In this document: positions 1 to 8,245 of the stretch, one piece after another
Layout: the number at the start of each line of letters is the position of its first letter
How positions within the stretch are numbered: the stretch's first letter is position 1
Virus record (IMG/VR): IMGVR_UViG_3300046314_000298
Source of the DNA: an uncultured virus (IMG/VR IMGVR_UViG_3300046314_000298)
Taxonomy: Duplodnaviria > Heunggongvirae > Uroviricota > Caudoviricetes
DNA length: 20,000 nt
Reading direction: 5' to 3' (one strand)
Program-made: the position numbers and the translations under genes
The notes under the pieces: generated by a model
The model's input: only the letters and a program-made list of their open reading frames with translations
Told to the model about the DNA's origin: nothing
The model's database searches: none

Positions 1-427
1 CTGTGTTGATGTTAGTCACCACAGTCGCCAGACTGTTCAGATCTGCTGCATTGGCCTTATCGGCCAGAGCAGTGACTAATCCCACCACCTCTGTGAGTTG
101 ATGAGTATGACCTGCTGCTGACAGAGTAGCTGCTAATGCAGTTAACTGATCGGTAATATACTGCACCAGCCCTGGCACATCTGCCATGGCGTGAGTATGG
201 CCCATATTAGATTTACCTGCCAGTGCGGCTTGGGTAGCCGTAGAGATAGGTTTATCTGCGTCTGAAGTATTATTGACAAGATCCAGTCCCAGATCAGTTT
301 TAGTGATCAGAGACTTGATAGCGTTCAAAGTGACACGGTGGTTGACACCACCGATGGCTACTACAGTTTGCTCAAGACCTGATGGGGTCGTAAGCATCAG
401 AAATTCACTGATTTTTTTACTAGGCAT
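1..427 (-). CDS. HxH-repeat fibre protein, paralog 3 (partial; runs off the left edge; missing from the ORF track)
   Basis: Hand translation from ATG at 427 (AGAGG upstream): MPSKKISEFLMLTTPSGLEQTVVAIGGVNHRVTLNAIKSLITKTDLGLDLVNNTSDADKPISTATQAALAGKSNMGHTH...GHTH..., open to base 1. It aligns by eye with the N-termini of 3369-4913 and 4931-6094. Confidence 0.9.
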   Translation of the reverse strand, partial: MPSKKISEFLMLTTPSGLEQTVVAIGGVNHRVTLNAIKSLITKTDLGLDLVNNTSDADKPISTATQAALAGKSNMGHTHAMADVPGLVQYITDQLTALAATLSAAGHTHQLTEVVGLVTALADKANAADLNSLATVVTNINT

Positions 428-455
428 AATAACCTCTTTGTTAGTGACTTAGTCA

Positions 456-465
456 GTCATAGCAT
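456..465 (-). promoter_or_regulatory. Putative late (TATG-type) promoter, ATGCTATGAC
   Basis: Intergenic TATG about 30 nt upstream of the fibre gene. The identical 10-mer occurs at 13852-13861 (+). TATG is the known core of phiKZ non-virion RNAP late promoters. Confidence 0.55.
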
Positions 466-470
466 GACCG

Positions 471-1064
471 TTAAGTCAATGTGCTATAATTTACCTGTAA
501 ACGATTACTTGTACCCATACCTGCTGAGACAAGTCTTTTGACATTACTAGGTAAGGCCATAAGATTTCTCTCTATTTCATAACGTTCTCTTTGTTGTCTG
601 TAGCACAAAGCACCTGCCTTGATATAAAACAAAAGAACATCTGAAGTAGAAGCAGACTTGACTCGTTTATCGTCTAAGGTCAATAGAGGAGATGTGGCTC
701 CTGGTATGACCATGGTATTCTGAGCAGAGATAGTGCTGTCAAAGAACCAGAACTTACAGATGGTATCAGATATATAAGCTACCTGAGGTCTTGCTAATTG
801 ATCAAAAGCAAAAGACAATTCTCTAATATTACTATCAGAGAAAAGAAGACTTGGATTAGACTGATTATCTACCGAAGCTAAGAAAGCTGATAAACCATCT
901 GTCCAGACTCGCCAAGGCTTAAACATCAATCCTTTTGAAAGATCGGTTAAGCTGGCTGGTCCTATTTCAAAGTCTTCTTTGTTATGTCTTCTGATATTGT
1001 TATCCGGAGCAAGCACACTGGAAACTATGGTGGTGGAGTTAAACAGTATGTTGTCAGGTAGCAT
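471..1064 (-). CDS. Phage tail-associated hypothetical protein (197 aa)
   Basis: Tightly packed ORF. The motifs 'EDFEIGPASLTDLSKGL', 'LSFAFDQLARP' and 'YRQQRERY' resemble a family I recall from tail modules of proteobacterial phages and prophages. Confidence 0.6.
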   Translation of the reverse strand: MLPDNILFNSTTIVSSVLAPDNNIRRHNKEDFEIGPASLTDLSKGLMFKPWRVWTDGLSAFLASVDNQSNPSLLFSDSNIRELSFAFDQLARPQVAYISDTICKFWFFDSTISAQNTMVIPGATSPLLTLDDKRVKSASTSDVLLFYIKAGALCYRQQRERYEIERNLMALPSNVKRLVSAGMGTSNRLQVNYSTLT

Positions 1065-1065
1065 A

Positions 1066-2004
1066 TCAGACCTTGTCCCAGTTATATCTGAAGGAAATAG
1101 TCAAGGACTCACTGGCTGACTTAGTTACAGCCTGATCAAATTCATAAATGTGAACAGGATTATGGCCGACTACTATTGTGTCAAAACTAACAACACCTTC
1201 AGCTGGTATCAATGTTCGATAAAAATCTACAAATTTATTACCTGGGACGTATGTCTTTTCATGATCGTAAAAAGCACTACCGTAAGTTTGGAAAAGACTA
1301 GGCCAAGATCCAAGTACATCAGCATAATCCAACTTACCAGTGCAAAAACTTATAACGCCAGGTTTTTGAAATAGATCTGGCTTACCACTATTTAGTAACA
1401 CATTCTCTTTATCTATAAAAGATCTGACTCTACCTGTTCTAGCGACTCCGTTTATGTTAATGCTAAAAGGTTGATTTATGGGACTAAATGATGTTTTTAA
1501 ATAATAATAAACATCTAAGTACTCATCGTTGGCCACAGTCAGTGTGGTTGGATTTCCGTTTGTGTCTTTAATTAACGCTCTGGAAAATACTTTCATTTCC
1601 CCAGTTTGTGGATCACCTTGATATAATCCTATTTCAGTCAAATTACCCGAAACAATACCGGGTGTAAAGTTAGCAACTGCTGATATTTTGTATTCGTAGG
1701 GAAAAGTAGTTTCCTGAATAGGTGTAGGTGTACCATTCCAATTCACATACGTCCAAGCCAATTGACCAGAACCGTCTAACACAGGCTGCTCCAGTTGTAA
1801 ATTGCTGGCTGCTGGTGCTGTTGTACCTGTGCCTAAAGCACAATATGTGGGTCTCCAAAAACCACCGGCATTATCTAGTGTAATGCCGAAAGTGGTAATG
1901 AGGTTATCAAAATCTGCTACTATCTCAGACACATCTGAATCTTTTTTACGTTTCGCTATGGTGTAATGTCCAGAGTAAACGTTGTTACCGGTTTTCTTTG
2001 TCAT
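1066..2004 (-). CDS. Putative tail/fibre-associated protein (312 aa), paralog of 2465-3367
   Basis: FDNLIT...ALGTGTTAP...LTEIGL...FSRALIKDTNGNPTTLTV motifs typical of phage tail-fibre N-terminal/baseplate-linked domains. ATGA overlap with the upstream gene. Confidence 0.7.
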   Translation of the reverse strand: MTKKTGNNVYSGHYTIAKRKKDSDVSEIVADFDNLITTFGITLDNAGGFWRPTYCALGTGTTAPAASNLQLEQPVLDGSGQLAWTYVNWNGTPTPIQETTFPYEYKISAVANFTPGIVSGNLTEIGLYQGDPQTGEMKVFSRALIKDTNGNPTTLTVANDEYLDVYYYLKTSFSPINQPFSININGVARTGRVRSFIDKENVLLNSGKPDLFQKPGVISFCTGKLDYADVLGSWPSLFQTYGSAFYDHEKTYVPGNKFVDFYRTLIPAEGVVSFDTIVVGHNPVHIYEFDQAVTKSASESLTISFRYNWDKV

Positions 2005-2465
2005 GATTTAACAATCGAGGTTAGAGTTAGGGATCTGGTAACTGCATCATCAGCATGCTGATGGTGTATGACCAAGAGTTCTTGTTTTGAAACACCTGTC
2101 AATTGAAGACTTCTGGTAACAACATCGTCATTTACAGAAGCTTCGTGGTAGGTAAATAGTTGTTTAGATATACTTATCAACTGTAAGCTAGATGTAACTT
2201 CCTCAATTGGAATATTTACCGTATGGAAGTTACTAGCCGCTATACTCACAGATGTCAGTTCAAGACTGCTACTTACAGTATCTGTTGCGCTAGGTATTAT
2301 GTCTACAGAAACATTAACAAGATTGAAACCAGGTTCTATCATGTCAAAAGTTTCTAAGCCGTATAGCTTACTCAATACCTTAGTTAAGGGCTGAGTTTTA
2401 AAAGAACTGGAAACTATGCGAGTTTCAGTATTCTTTTTCAAAGGTCCTGTTGTGTTGATTAACAT
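2001..2465 (-). CDS. Hypothetical protein with internal repeats (154 aa)
   Basis: Overlap-coupled to both neighbours. About 4 degenerate repeats of type (D/E)xV(T/S)(R/S)SLxLxS/G(V/I)S. Confidence 0.7.
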   Translation of the reverse strand: MLINTTGPLKKNTETRIVSSSFKTQPLTKVLSKLYGLETFDMIEPGFNLVNVSVDIIPSATDTVSSSLELTSVSIAASNFHTVNIPIEEVTSSLQLISISKQLFTYHEASVNDDVVTRSLQLTGVSKQELLVIHHQHADDAVTRSLTLTSIVKS

Positions 2466-3367
2466 CAGACTACACCTTTCCGCATCCAGCTTGTTTCAAT
2501 CGCCAAAGACAAAGAGTTTTGATCTGTCTTCATGATAGGTGGATTGAACTCTAATTGATAAGCACCCAGAAACCTAGAACTACTTGCTATAAAAATAGTC
2601 TTGATCCCGTTAGGGAAGTTACCTCTGTCTCTATTGAACTTCAGATAGTGAGTTCTCTTATTAGACAAAGGTACGTAAGGATCAGACCTAAACTTATCAG
2701 CAGAGTAACTGGTGTTATAAACCGCAGACTCTAAGTTATCCACCATAGGTGTATCAAACGCAGTGGCGAAGTTACCTGAGTCTGTGTCCAAACCAGTCTT
2801 AAGCGGAGTCCAAGCACTACCTACGTTTAACATACTAGGTCTGATAGTGACTACGGTGTTGATGCCGTTGATCACCATGTTGACTGTAGACTCAGCTGGG
2901 TTGACATGAGTCTCTATCGTGTATGTTACGTTAAGACCTTCGTCTGGTCTTACAGTTAATACAGTTGGATTTCCGTTAAAGTCACGTATCAAAGCTCTTG
3001 AGAATATATCAGCATTAAGTGCATTACCTACTGATATTTCTCTGATAGGTTGTGTGATGTAACCAAATGGAAAAGAAAAAGAAACGTTAGTCTCTAGCAC
3101 ATAGGGTTTAATCTGGGAATGACTGAAGCTTATGGCTTCAGTCACCAGACTCGTATGGCTATTCAATACTTCTAGAGATGTATCTGTCGGTAAAGCTGGA
3201 TTATTACCCACACCCACTTGACAGTCAGTAAGTAATACGTTGCTATTACCTATCTGTTCAAGTCCGTTATCGACCACCATGTTGTCGAATACGTGAGTGT
3301 TACGGATACCTTCTTTACCGACTATCTCTAGCTTGTATCTGCCTGAAAGTCGGTGATTGAATTTCAT
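2465..3367 (-). CDS. Putative tail/fibre-associated protein (300 aa), paralog of 1066-2004
   Basis: FDNMVVDNGL...CQVGVGNNPA...IREISVG...FSRALIRDFNGNPTVLTV, collinear with 1066-2004. Confidence 0.7.
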   Translation of the reverse strand: MKFNHRLSGRYKLEIVGKEGIRNTHVFDNMVVDNGLEQIGNSNVLLTDCQVGVGNNPALPTDTSLEVLNSHTSLVTEAISFSHSQIKPYVLETNVSFSFPFGYITQPIREISVGNALNADIFSRALIRDFNGNPTVLTVRPDEGLNVTYTIETHVNPAESTVNMVINGINTVVTIRPSMLNVGSAWTPLKTGLDTDSGNFATAFDTPMVDNLESAVYNTSYSADKFRSDPYVPLSNKRTHYLKFNRDRGNFPNGIKTIFIASSSRFLGAYQLEFNPPIMKTDQNSLSLAIETSWMRKGVV

Positions 3368-3368
3368 T

Positions 3369-4913
3369 TTACATGTTCAAAGCGTAACCGACACAATACA
3401 GATAAGGCGTGACTCCATCAAAGGACTCCACCATAAAGCTGAATGTATCGATTTTGTTGTTGATCAAAGTAAGAGCTGGAGCTGCACCATCAGGGAACTT
3501 CACGTTAGCTGGGAATACAAGATCACCACCTTTGTGAATAATAACCACTTTGTAGTCAAAACCTATCCGTGTGAGATCTAAGTTCTGAATATTGAAGTTG
3601 GTTACGTTAGAGATTAACTCTATACGGATAACCTGATGAGTATCTAAATCCCAAGAAACAGTACCCGAAGCTGGCTGTACTTTATTGGTAGTAGAGACTT
3701 TCTGTGGTTTGGTGAAGTTATTCTCTGCGGAAGGAGACATGTAGTCTGTACCAGCAGCAGCTAAAGTCAATATGTTGTTGGTAGTCTTTAACAGACCTGT
3801 TCCGGCAACGTTGATACCACCACCCACACCGCCACCTGTGCTTATTACACTGATGGCGTCTGATAAAGCCACCATATCGGTTATGATACCGTTACCAGTA
3901 ATACCTGGGGTGATGCCGTTAACTATGTCTGATAAAGCAGTTAAGCTTGTGATGTCAGCTTTTAAAACATTTATACCATTGACTGTGTCAGTCAATGCAT
4001 CTAAGGCAACCTGACTGGCTTTACTCAGAGAAAGAGCATTTACCGTATCACTTAAGACATCAAGATCTACCTGCGTAGCTTTAAGCTGATTAATTTGATT
4101 AACCAAATCACTCAATGCATCCAAATCTACTTGACTTGCTTTACCAGCTATCAATACAGAATGCGATTGAATAAGGGTAGTCAGTGCGGTGATTTCAGCA
4201 TTTATAGCTGTAAGGTCTACAGTACCGCCACCGCCACCACCGCCCCCAGCTTGTAAGTTTGTTACTGCTGTTTGCAGATTGGTAATGATAGTAGACAAAC
4301 CAGAAGTGTCAGCAATAGCGTGTCCATGACCAATAGCTGATTTACCTGCTAAACTGGTTTGGATAGAACCTAAACTATCATTCAGTCCCGATATGCTAGA
4401 CATGTCATGAACATGACTAACAGCTGCTTTACCAGCCAATGCTGGTGATAATCCAGCTATAGTAGTCATGTCGTGTACATGACCAGTTTCAGCTTTCATA
4501 GACAAAGTCTGTGCTAAGAGACTGATATCATCTATAGCGTGCGTATGGCCTAAAGCAGCCTTACCAGCCAACGACAGATCAAGACCACTTATCTCAGAGC
4601 TAACGTGCGTATGTCCAAAATTAGACTTGCCAGCCAGAGCCGTCATCAAACCTGAGATATCATCTGTAGCTAGGGTATGTGTGTGATTTGCATCAGCTTT
4701 ACTTAGCAAAGCAGTCAGCACAGCAGTTGATACTGGCTTATCGGCATCACTTGTGTTGCTGACATTACCCAGACCCACATCTTGTTTAGTGAGTATAGAT
4801 TTAAAAGTATTCAGAGTCATTCGGTAATTCTGATTACCAAATATCAAAGACACTTGTTCCAGACCTGTGGCTGTGGTTAACAGCGAAAAGTCACTTATCT
4901 TTCTATTAGCCAT
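3369..4913 (-). CDS. HxH-repeat fibre protein, paralog 2 (514 aa)
   Basis: MANRKIS N-terminus; VGLGNVSNTSDADKPVS motif; six ~22-aa KxxxxHxHxxxxIxGL repeats; poly-Gly linker; coiled-coil-like repeats; beta-rich C-terminal domain. Confidence 0.85.
   Translation of the reverse strand: MANRKISDFSLLTTATGLEQVSLIFGNQNYRMTLNTFKSILTKQDVGLGNVSNTSDADKPVSTAVLTALLSKADANHTHTLATDDISGLMTALAGKSNFGHTHVSSEISGLDLSLAGKAALGHTHAIDDISLLAQTLSMKAETGHVHDMTTIAGLSPALAGKAAVSHVHDMSSISGLNDSLGSIQTSLAGKSAIGHGHAIADTSGLSTIITNLQTAVTNLQAGGGGGGGGTVDLTAINAEITALTTLIQSHSVLIAGKASQVDLDALSDLVNQINQLKATQVDLDVLSDTVNALSLSKASQVALDALTDTVNGINVLKADITSLTALSDIVNGITPGITGNGIITDMVALSDAISVISTGGGVGGGINVAGTGLLKTTNNILTLAAAGTDYMSPSAENNFTKPQKVSTTNKVQPASGTVSWDLDTHQVIRIELISNVTNFNIQNLDLTRIGFDYKVVIIHKGGDLVFPANVKFPDGAAPALTLINNKIDTFSFMVESFDGVTPYLYCVGYALNM
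3905..4142 (-). repeat. Four 20-aa (60-bp) intragenic coiled-coil-like repeats
   Basis: KASQVDLDALSDLVNQINQL / KATQVDLDVLSDTVNALSLS / KASQVALDALTDTVNGINVL / KADITSLTALSDIVNGIT. Confidence 0.85.
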
Positions 4914-4930
4914 TTTATCTTCTTTCTAAA

Positions 4931-6094
4931 TCAATAGCCCACAGGCCCTACAGTAGTAGCGTCTAACAGTATCAGATGTAACTTTAAGTTACGCACCCTA
5001 AGAAAAGGTTCCTGACCAGGAACTCTAGAAGATACAATAGCGTGTACTTCTGTATTGACATTTAAAAACCTAGGGTAAGCAACATTCTCTAAAGGTTCGG
5101 CATTATAACCTAAACCTTCAGGATCTTTAGACTGATTATAGAGAGTAGGTATAATCAGCTTACCTATATTTAAGTAATCGGGAACCGTTGATAATTCACC
5201 AGTGACAGGGTCTGTGTTATAGGACATATCACTTTGAAACAGACCCGGTACTTGGTTAAGAAGTACTTCCACTTGATCAAGACCCTCGTTACCTAATACT
5301 GGATATTCAGTTGTTATACTTGCGTCAACAACAAAACAGTCAAAAGGTATATAGAACTTATGTGTTCTATATAGAGTATCCATACTGATACCACCGTCAA
5401 AGTTTTCATAAAACTTAGGTGTCAAGTCTACAGTGTAAGGTATTCTTATCTGCTGGGTAGGGTGAGAGTGATCACCTTTAGCTGCCTCAAGTATTTCACC
5501 TGGATTAGGATAAACATTAGGGGCGGAAGGAGTACCTGAGAAAAAGGTAACTCCAGAACCAGTGCTTAGTCCGGCTATCTGTGCTTGCAATGTGGCTATC
5601 AATGCAAAAATATCTGCTATAGTCGTAGTCAATCCAGATACTTCAGATTGAGCGTGGGTGTGTAATACAGCAGCTTTACCCGCTAAGGCGTCCACTAAAC
5701 CTACTACTTCAGACAAAGCATGGTTGTGTACAACGGGTGACTTACTAGATAAAGCTGTGTCTAAGCCATCTACTTGAATCATAGGGTGATTATGACTGAC
5801 GTTAGCTTTAGTGGCTAAAGTGTCTAATAAACCTAAGATGTCTGCTACAGTGTATACATGGGTGTGATTGACATCCGCTTTATTCATTAAAGCGTTAACA
5901 ACAGCTGTGGATAAAGGTTTGGTAATATCTGAAGTGTTGTCTACATTACCCAACCCTACCATAGCCTTAGTGACTAAAGCAGCTATAGAGTTAAGTGTGA
6001 CTCTATAGTTCTCATTACCATATATGACAGCAGCTTGTTCTAAACCACTTAAGGCTGTCAACATTTCAAACTGACTTATTTTTCTATTAGCCAT
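4931..6094 (-). CDS. HxH-repeat fibre protein, paralog 1 (387 aa)
   Basis: MANRKISQF N-terminus; VGLGNVDNTSD motif; HTH/HNH/HNH/HTH repeats plus 'AAKGDHSHP'. The C-terminal domain is unrelated to that of paralog 2. Confidence 0.85.
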   Translation of the reverse strand: MANRKISQFEMLTALSGLEQAAVIYGNENYRVTLNSIAALVTKAMVGLGNVDNTSDITKPLSTAVVNALMNKADVNHTHVYTVADILGLLDTLATKANVSHNHPMIQVDGLDTALSSKSPVVHNHALSEVVGLVDALAGKAAVLHTHAQSEVSGLTTTIADIFALIATLQAQIAGLSTGSGVTFFSGTPSAPNVYPNPGEILEAAKGDHSHPTQQIRIPYTVDLTPKFYENFDGGISMDTLYRTHKFYIPFDCFVVDASITTEYPVLGNEGLDQVEVLLNQVPGLFQSDMSYNTDPVTGELSTVPDYLNIGKLIIPTLYNQSKDPEGLGYNAEPLENVAYPRFLNVNTEVHAIVSSRVPGQEPFLRVRNLKLHLILLDATTVGPVGY

Positions 6095-6120
6095 GATGAC
6101 TCTTTCCTATTTCGTGTTTA

Positions 6121-6153
6121 ATAGATACTAAGCCTTTACAGCTTAGTATCTAT
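6121..6153. terminator. Intergenic hairpin (terminator or processing site)
   Basis: Perfect 13-bp stem ATAGATACTAAGC / GCTTAGTATCTAT with a 7-nt loop. No long U-tract. Confidence 0.6.
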
Positions 6154-6160
6154 GTAAGAA

Positions 6161-6628
6161 TTATTCTGTTAACAGATATTCACCATTCTCGCCTAAGATA
6201 GGTGTGCCATCTTCAGCTAGGATTAAACTCATCATTTGTTCAGGACAATCATAAAGGAACTGTTCCTTCAGGTAACCTGACTCAAGATGATAAACGTCTA
6301 AGGTACCCAGAGTCACCCAAACTTCATCTTCAGATGTGGCGTTGTGATAAGGTGCGTTTACTTCCAGTTTAAAAGGAAGTAGATTATCGGCTTTACCTAT
6401 CTTTAAATAAATCCGCAAACGTAGAAAGTCATCTGCTCTTGTGGTGTATGCTTCAAAAGCAATAGGGTAATCAGCTTTTTTAGCGATGCAGATCATATCA
6501 AAATCTGTAACGCGTAGGTTTCTGTTAAACTGATTGTTGAACAGAGTCAACGCCATCAGTTTAATATGGTCATGTTCTTTCATCTGGACCTCTGTTAAAT
6601 AAGGTTGTCTTTGACTGATTACAATCAA
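6161..6628 (-). CDS. Hypothetical virion protein, possible fibre adaptor (start codon uncertain)
   Basis: 155-aa ORF with a TTG start. The C-terminal 'LILAEDGTPILGENGEYLLTE' motif is a type often seen next to phage fibre genes. Confidence 0.65.
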   Translation of the reverse strand: MIVISQRQPYLTEVQMKEHDHIKLMALTLFNNQFNRNLRVTDFDMICIAKKADYPIAFEAYTTRADDFLRLRIYLKIGKADNLLPFKLEVNAPYHNATSEDEVWVTLGTLDVYHLESGYLKEQFLYDCPEQMMSLILAEDGTPILGENGEYLLTE

Positions 6629-6689
6629 CTTCTGTAAACGATAAGAGTTATCGCTATAGTCAAAGGATTACTTTTTAAAGAGATGGAAC

Positions 6690-6734
6690 AAAAAAAAAAT
6701 AAAAAAGAGGTGCCCGAATTACCGGGCACCTCTT
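6690..6734 (-). terminator. Rho-independent terminator
   Basis: 12-bp perfect stem AAGAGGTGCCCG (6705-6716) / CGGGCACCTCTT (6723-6734), followed by a long T-tract on the minus strand. Confidence 0.9.
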
Positions 6735-6789
6735 AACCGAAGTAGAACAACCATTCTACTTCGGTCAGGGTGATTTCACGGACTTCCAT
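6733..6789 (-). CDS. Small ORF, 18-aa peptide MEVREITLTEVEWLFYFG
   Basis: AAGGAG Shine-Dalgarno (6795-6800) 5 nt before the ATG. The TAA stop overlaps the terminator stem. A promoter-like motif lies upstream. Confidence 0.6.
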   Translation of the reverse strand: MEVREITLTEVEWLFYFG

Positions 6790-6847
6790 GATAACTCCTT
6801 CAGCATAGCGTATATTCGAATGAATATTTGAACCTAAGCTCAAGTTA

Positions 6848-6864
6848 AGTATATGTGACTGAAA
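6848..6864 (-). promoter_or_regulatory. Putative early (virion RNAP) promoter
   Basis: The minus strand reads TTTCAGTCACATATACT, an imperfect match to the AT-rich TATATTAC-type early promoters of phiKZ-like phages. Confidence 0.45.
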
Positions 6865-6882
6865 TCTTTTACATGAGGATAA

Positions 6883-7134
6883 TCAAGGGTAGATCCATTT
6901 ATTGGCTTCCATGATACGGAAACTATAAACCACATTCTCAAATCGCTTCATGATCTGTTCATGAGTCTCACCCAGAACTTCTATGGCGGTGTTCACCCAC
7001 GAGTAATCGTAAGTATTACCATTTATAAGATCAAGAGCTGCTTTCTTGATAGTTGTGTAACCTACCACAGTAACCAAGATAAGGTTATCATTGGTTTCCA
7101 GTTGCTTCATCATACCTTGCATTGTAATCAACAT
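6883..7134 (-). CDS. Hypothetical protein (83 aa)
   Basis: ATG with AAGGAG 7 nt upstream; same strand as its neighbours. Confidence 0.75.
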   Translation of the reverse strand: MLITMQGMMKQLETNDNLILVTVVGYTTIKKAALDLINGNTYDYSWVNTAIEVLGETHEQIMKRFENVVYSFRIMEANKWIYP

Positions 7135-7154
7135 TTCTTTACTCCTTGGGATAT

Positions 7155-7188
7155 TACAGACACCAGCCTCTATGGGCTGGTGTCTGTA
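7155..7188. terminator. Intergenic hairpin
   Basis: 14-bp perfect stem TACAGACACCAGCC / GGCTGGTGTCTGTA directly after the dcd stop codon. Confidence 0.7.
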
Positions 7189-7194
7189 TGGGGT

Positions 7195-7854
7195 TTACAT
7201 AGGGGGGACAGGTTCGGCAGGTTGATTTTGATACTTACCATTCCGATCAGCATAGCTCACCAAACATTGCTCATCCGACTGGAAGAACTGAAGTTGAGTG
7301 ATGCCCATACCAGGATAGATGCGCACAGGAAGATCTGTGGTGTTGGTGATTTCCAGTGTAATGCTTCCAAACCAACCAGATTCAAGAGGTGTTACAGTCA
7401 CGATAATACCAGCTCTTGCCACAGTGGATTTACCCATGCAGACAACAGAGACATCACGAGGAACGGTCACTTTTTCGACGGTGTGTCCCAAACAAAAGCT
7501 CTTTGCTGGTAGTTCAATCCAAGCCAGGTCTTCAAAAGAAGTCAGTTCGCAAGTGTTAGCAAAGTCAGCAATGTCGATAGAGCGACCCAGCGTACTTGCC
7601 AATACAGGTGTATTAACAGACAGACCACCACCGGAGTTAGGACTGGTGCGTACTAGGTAAGCCTCATGTCCACGGAAGAACTTGAAGTTAGGACCCAGGC
7701 GTACATCGTAACCGTAAGAAGAAAGGCCAAAGCTAGGTACTTTCTTTTCCTCACCATGAACAACGATCTTGTTTTCATTGTCCATCACAAACGGAACAAT
7801 CATGTCCCGCAACAGAGAATTCTCACGAATCCATTTATCAGACTTGATGCTCAT
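7195..7854 (-). CDS. dcd: dCTP deaminase
   Basis: MSIKSDKWI start; SFGLSSYGYDVRLG; GKSTVARAGIIVTVTPLESGWFGSITLEITNTT; SYADRNGKYQNQ. All are characteristic of proteobacterial-type Dcd. Confidence 0.95.
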   Translation of the reverse strand: MSIKSDKWIRENSLLRDMIVPFVMDNENKIVVHGEEKKVPSFGLSSYGYDVRLGPNFKFFRGHEAYLVRTSPNSGGGLSVNTPVLASTLGRSIDIADFANTCELTSFEDLAWIELPAKSFCLGHTVEKVTVPRDVSVVCMGKSTVARAGIIVTVTPLESGWFGSITLEITNTTDLPVRIYPGMGITQLQFFQSDEQCLVSYADRNGKYQNQPAEPVPPM

Positions 7855-8245
7855 GTTTTCTTTTCCTTAAGATGGTTAATATGTCAGCTAAAGCATGTGC
7901 TTGGTTGACTGGTGTCGATGCAAATCTGTCTCTCAGACAATTGTTATGGTTGTAAGCTTGTATGTCAAGTTCTCTCAAAAGCTCAAGGTTATTAACACTC
8001 CAGCATTTCCAAAGATCGAGATACTCGTGATATAGATCGGTGTTTGGAATAAGACTCGGTTTACCTTTTCCCAAACGCCAGTTTATACCACCTGGATCCA
8101 TTCCTTTGACATCACATTGATAATGCATCTCTATACTTCTGCCGTCATACATGATGGCGTTAAAAGCAGAGAAACGTTTATCACCTTGGCTGCTTATTTC
8201 ATAACCCTCTGTTCTTGACCATCTTACGTCTGAATCGACTGACAT
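7838..8245 (-). CDS. Conserved phage protein, possibly NADAR-like (135 aa)
   Basis: GYEISSQGDKRFSAFNA...DGRSIEMHYQCDVKG...L.D.FA...NQAHALADIL, a motif set I recall from many lytic phages. The fold assignment is tentative. Confidence 0.6.
   Translation of the reverse strand: MSVDSDVRWSRTEGYEISSQGDKRFSAFNAIMYDGRSIEMHYQCDVKGMDPGGINWRLGKGKPSLIPNTDLYHEYLDLWKCWSVNNLELLRELDIQAYNHNNCLRDRFASTPVNQAHALADILTILRKRKHEHQV

Noticed and set aside
1150..4014. Short ORFs 1150-1374, 1670-1858, 3357-3581 and 3772-4014
   Set aside because: Nested in or antisense to well-supported tail and fibre genes.
5720..5800. 'HNH' tripeptides in the 387-aa protein suggesting an HNH nuclease
   Set aside because: They are variants of the HxH fibre repeat, in register with the HTH copies.
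6961..7908. Plus-strand ORFs 6961-7512, 7319-7660 and 7666-7908
   Set aside because: Antisense shadows of dcd and its neighbours; no recognisable motifs, and one runs through an intergenic hairpin.
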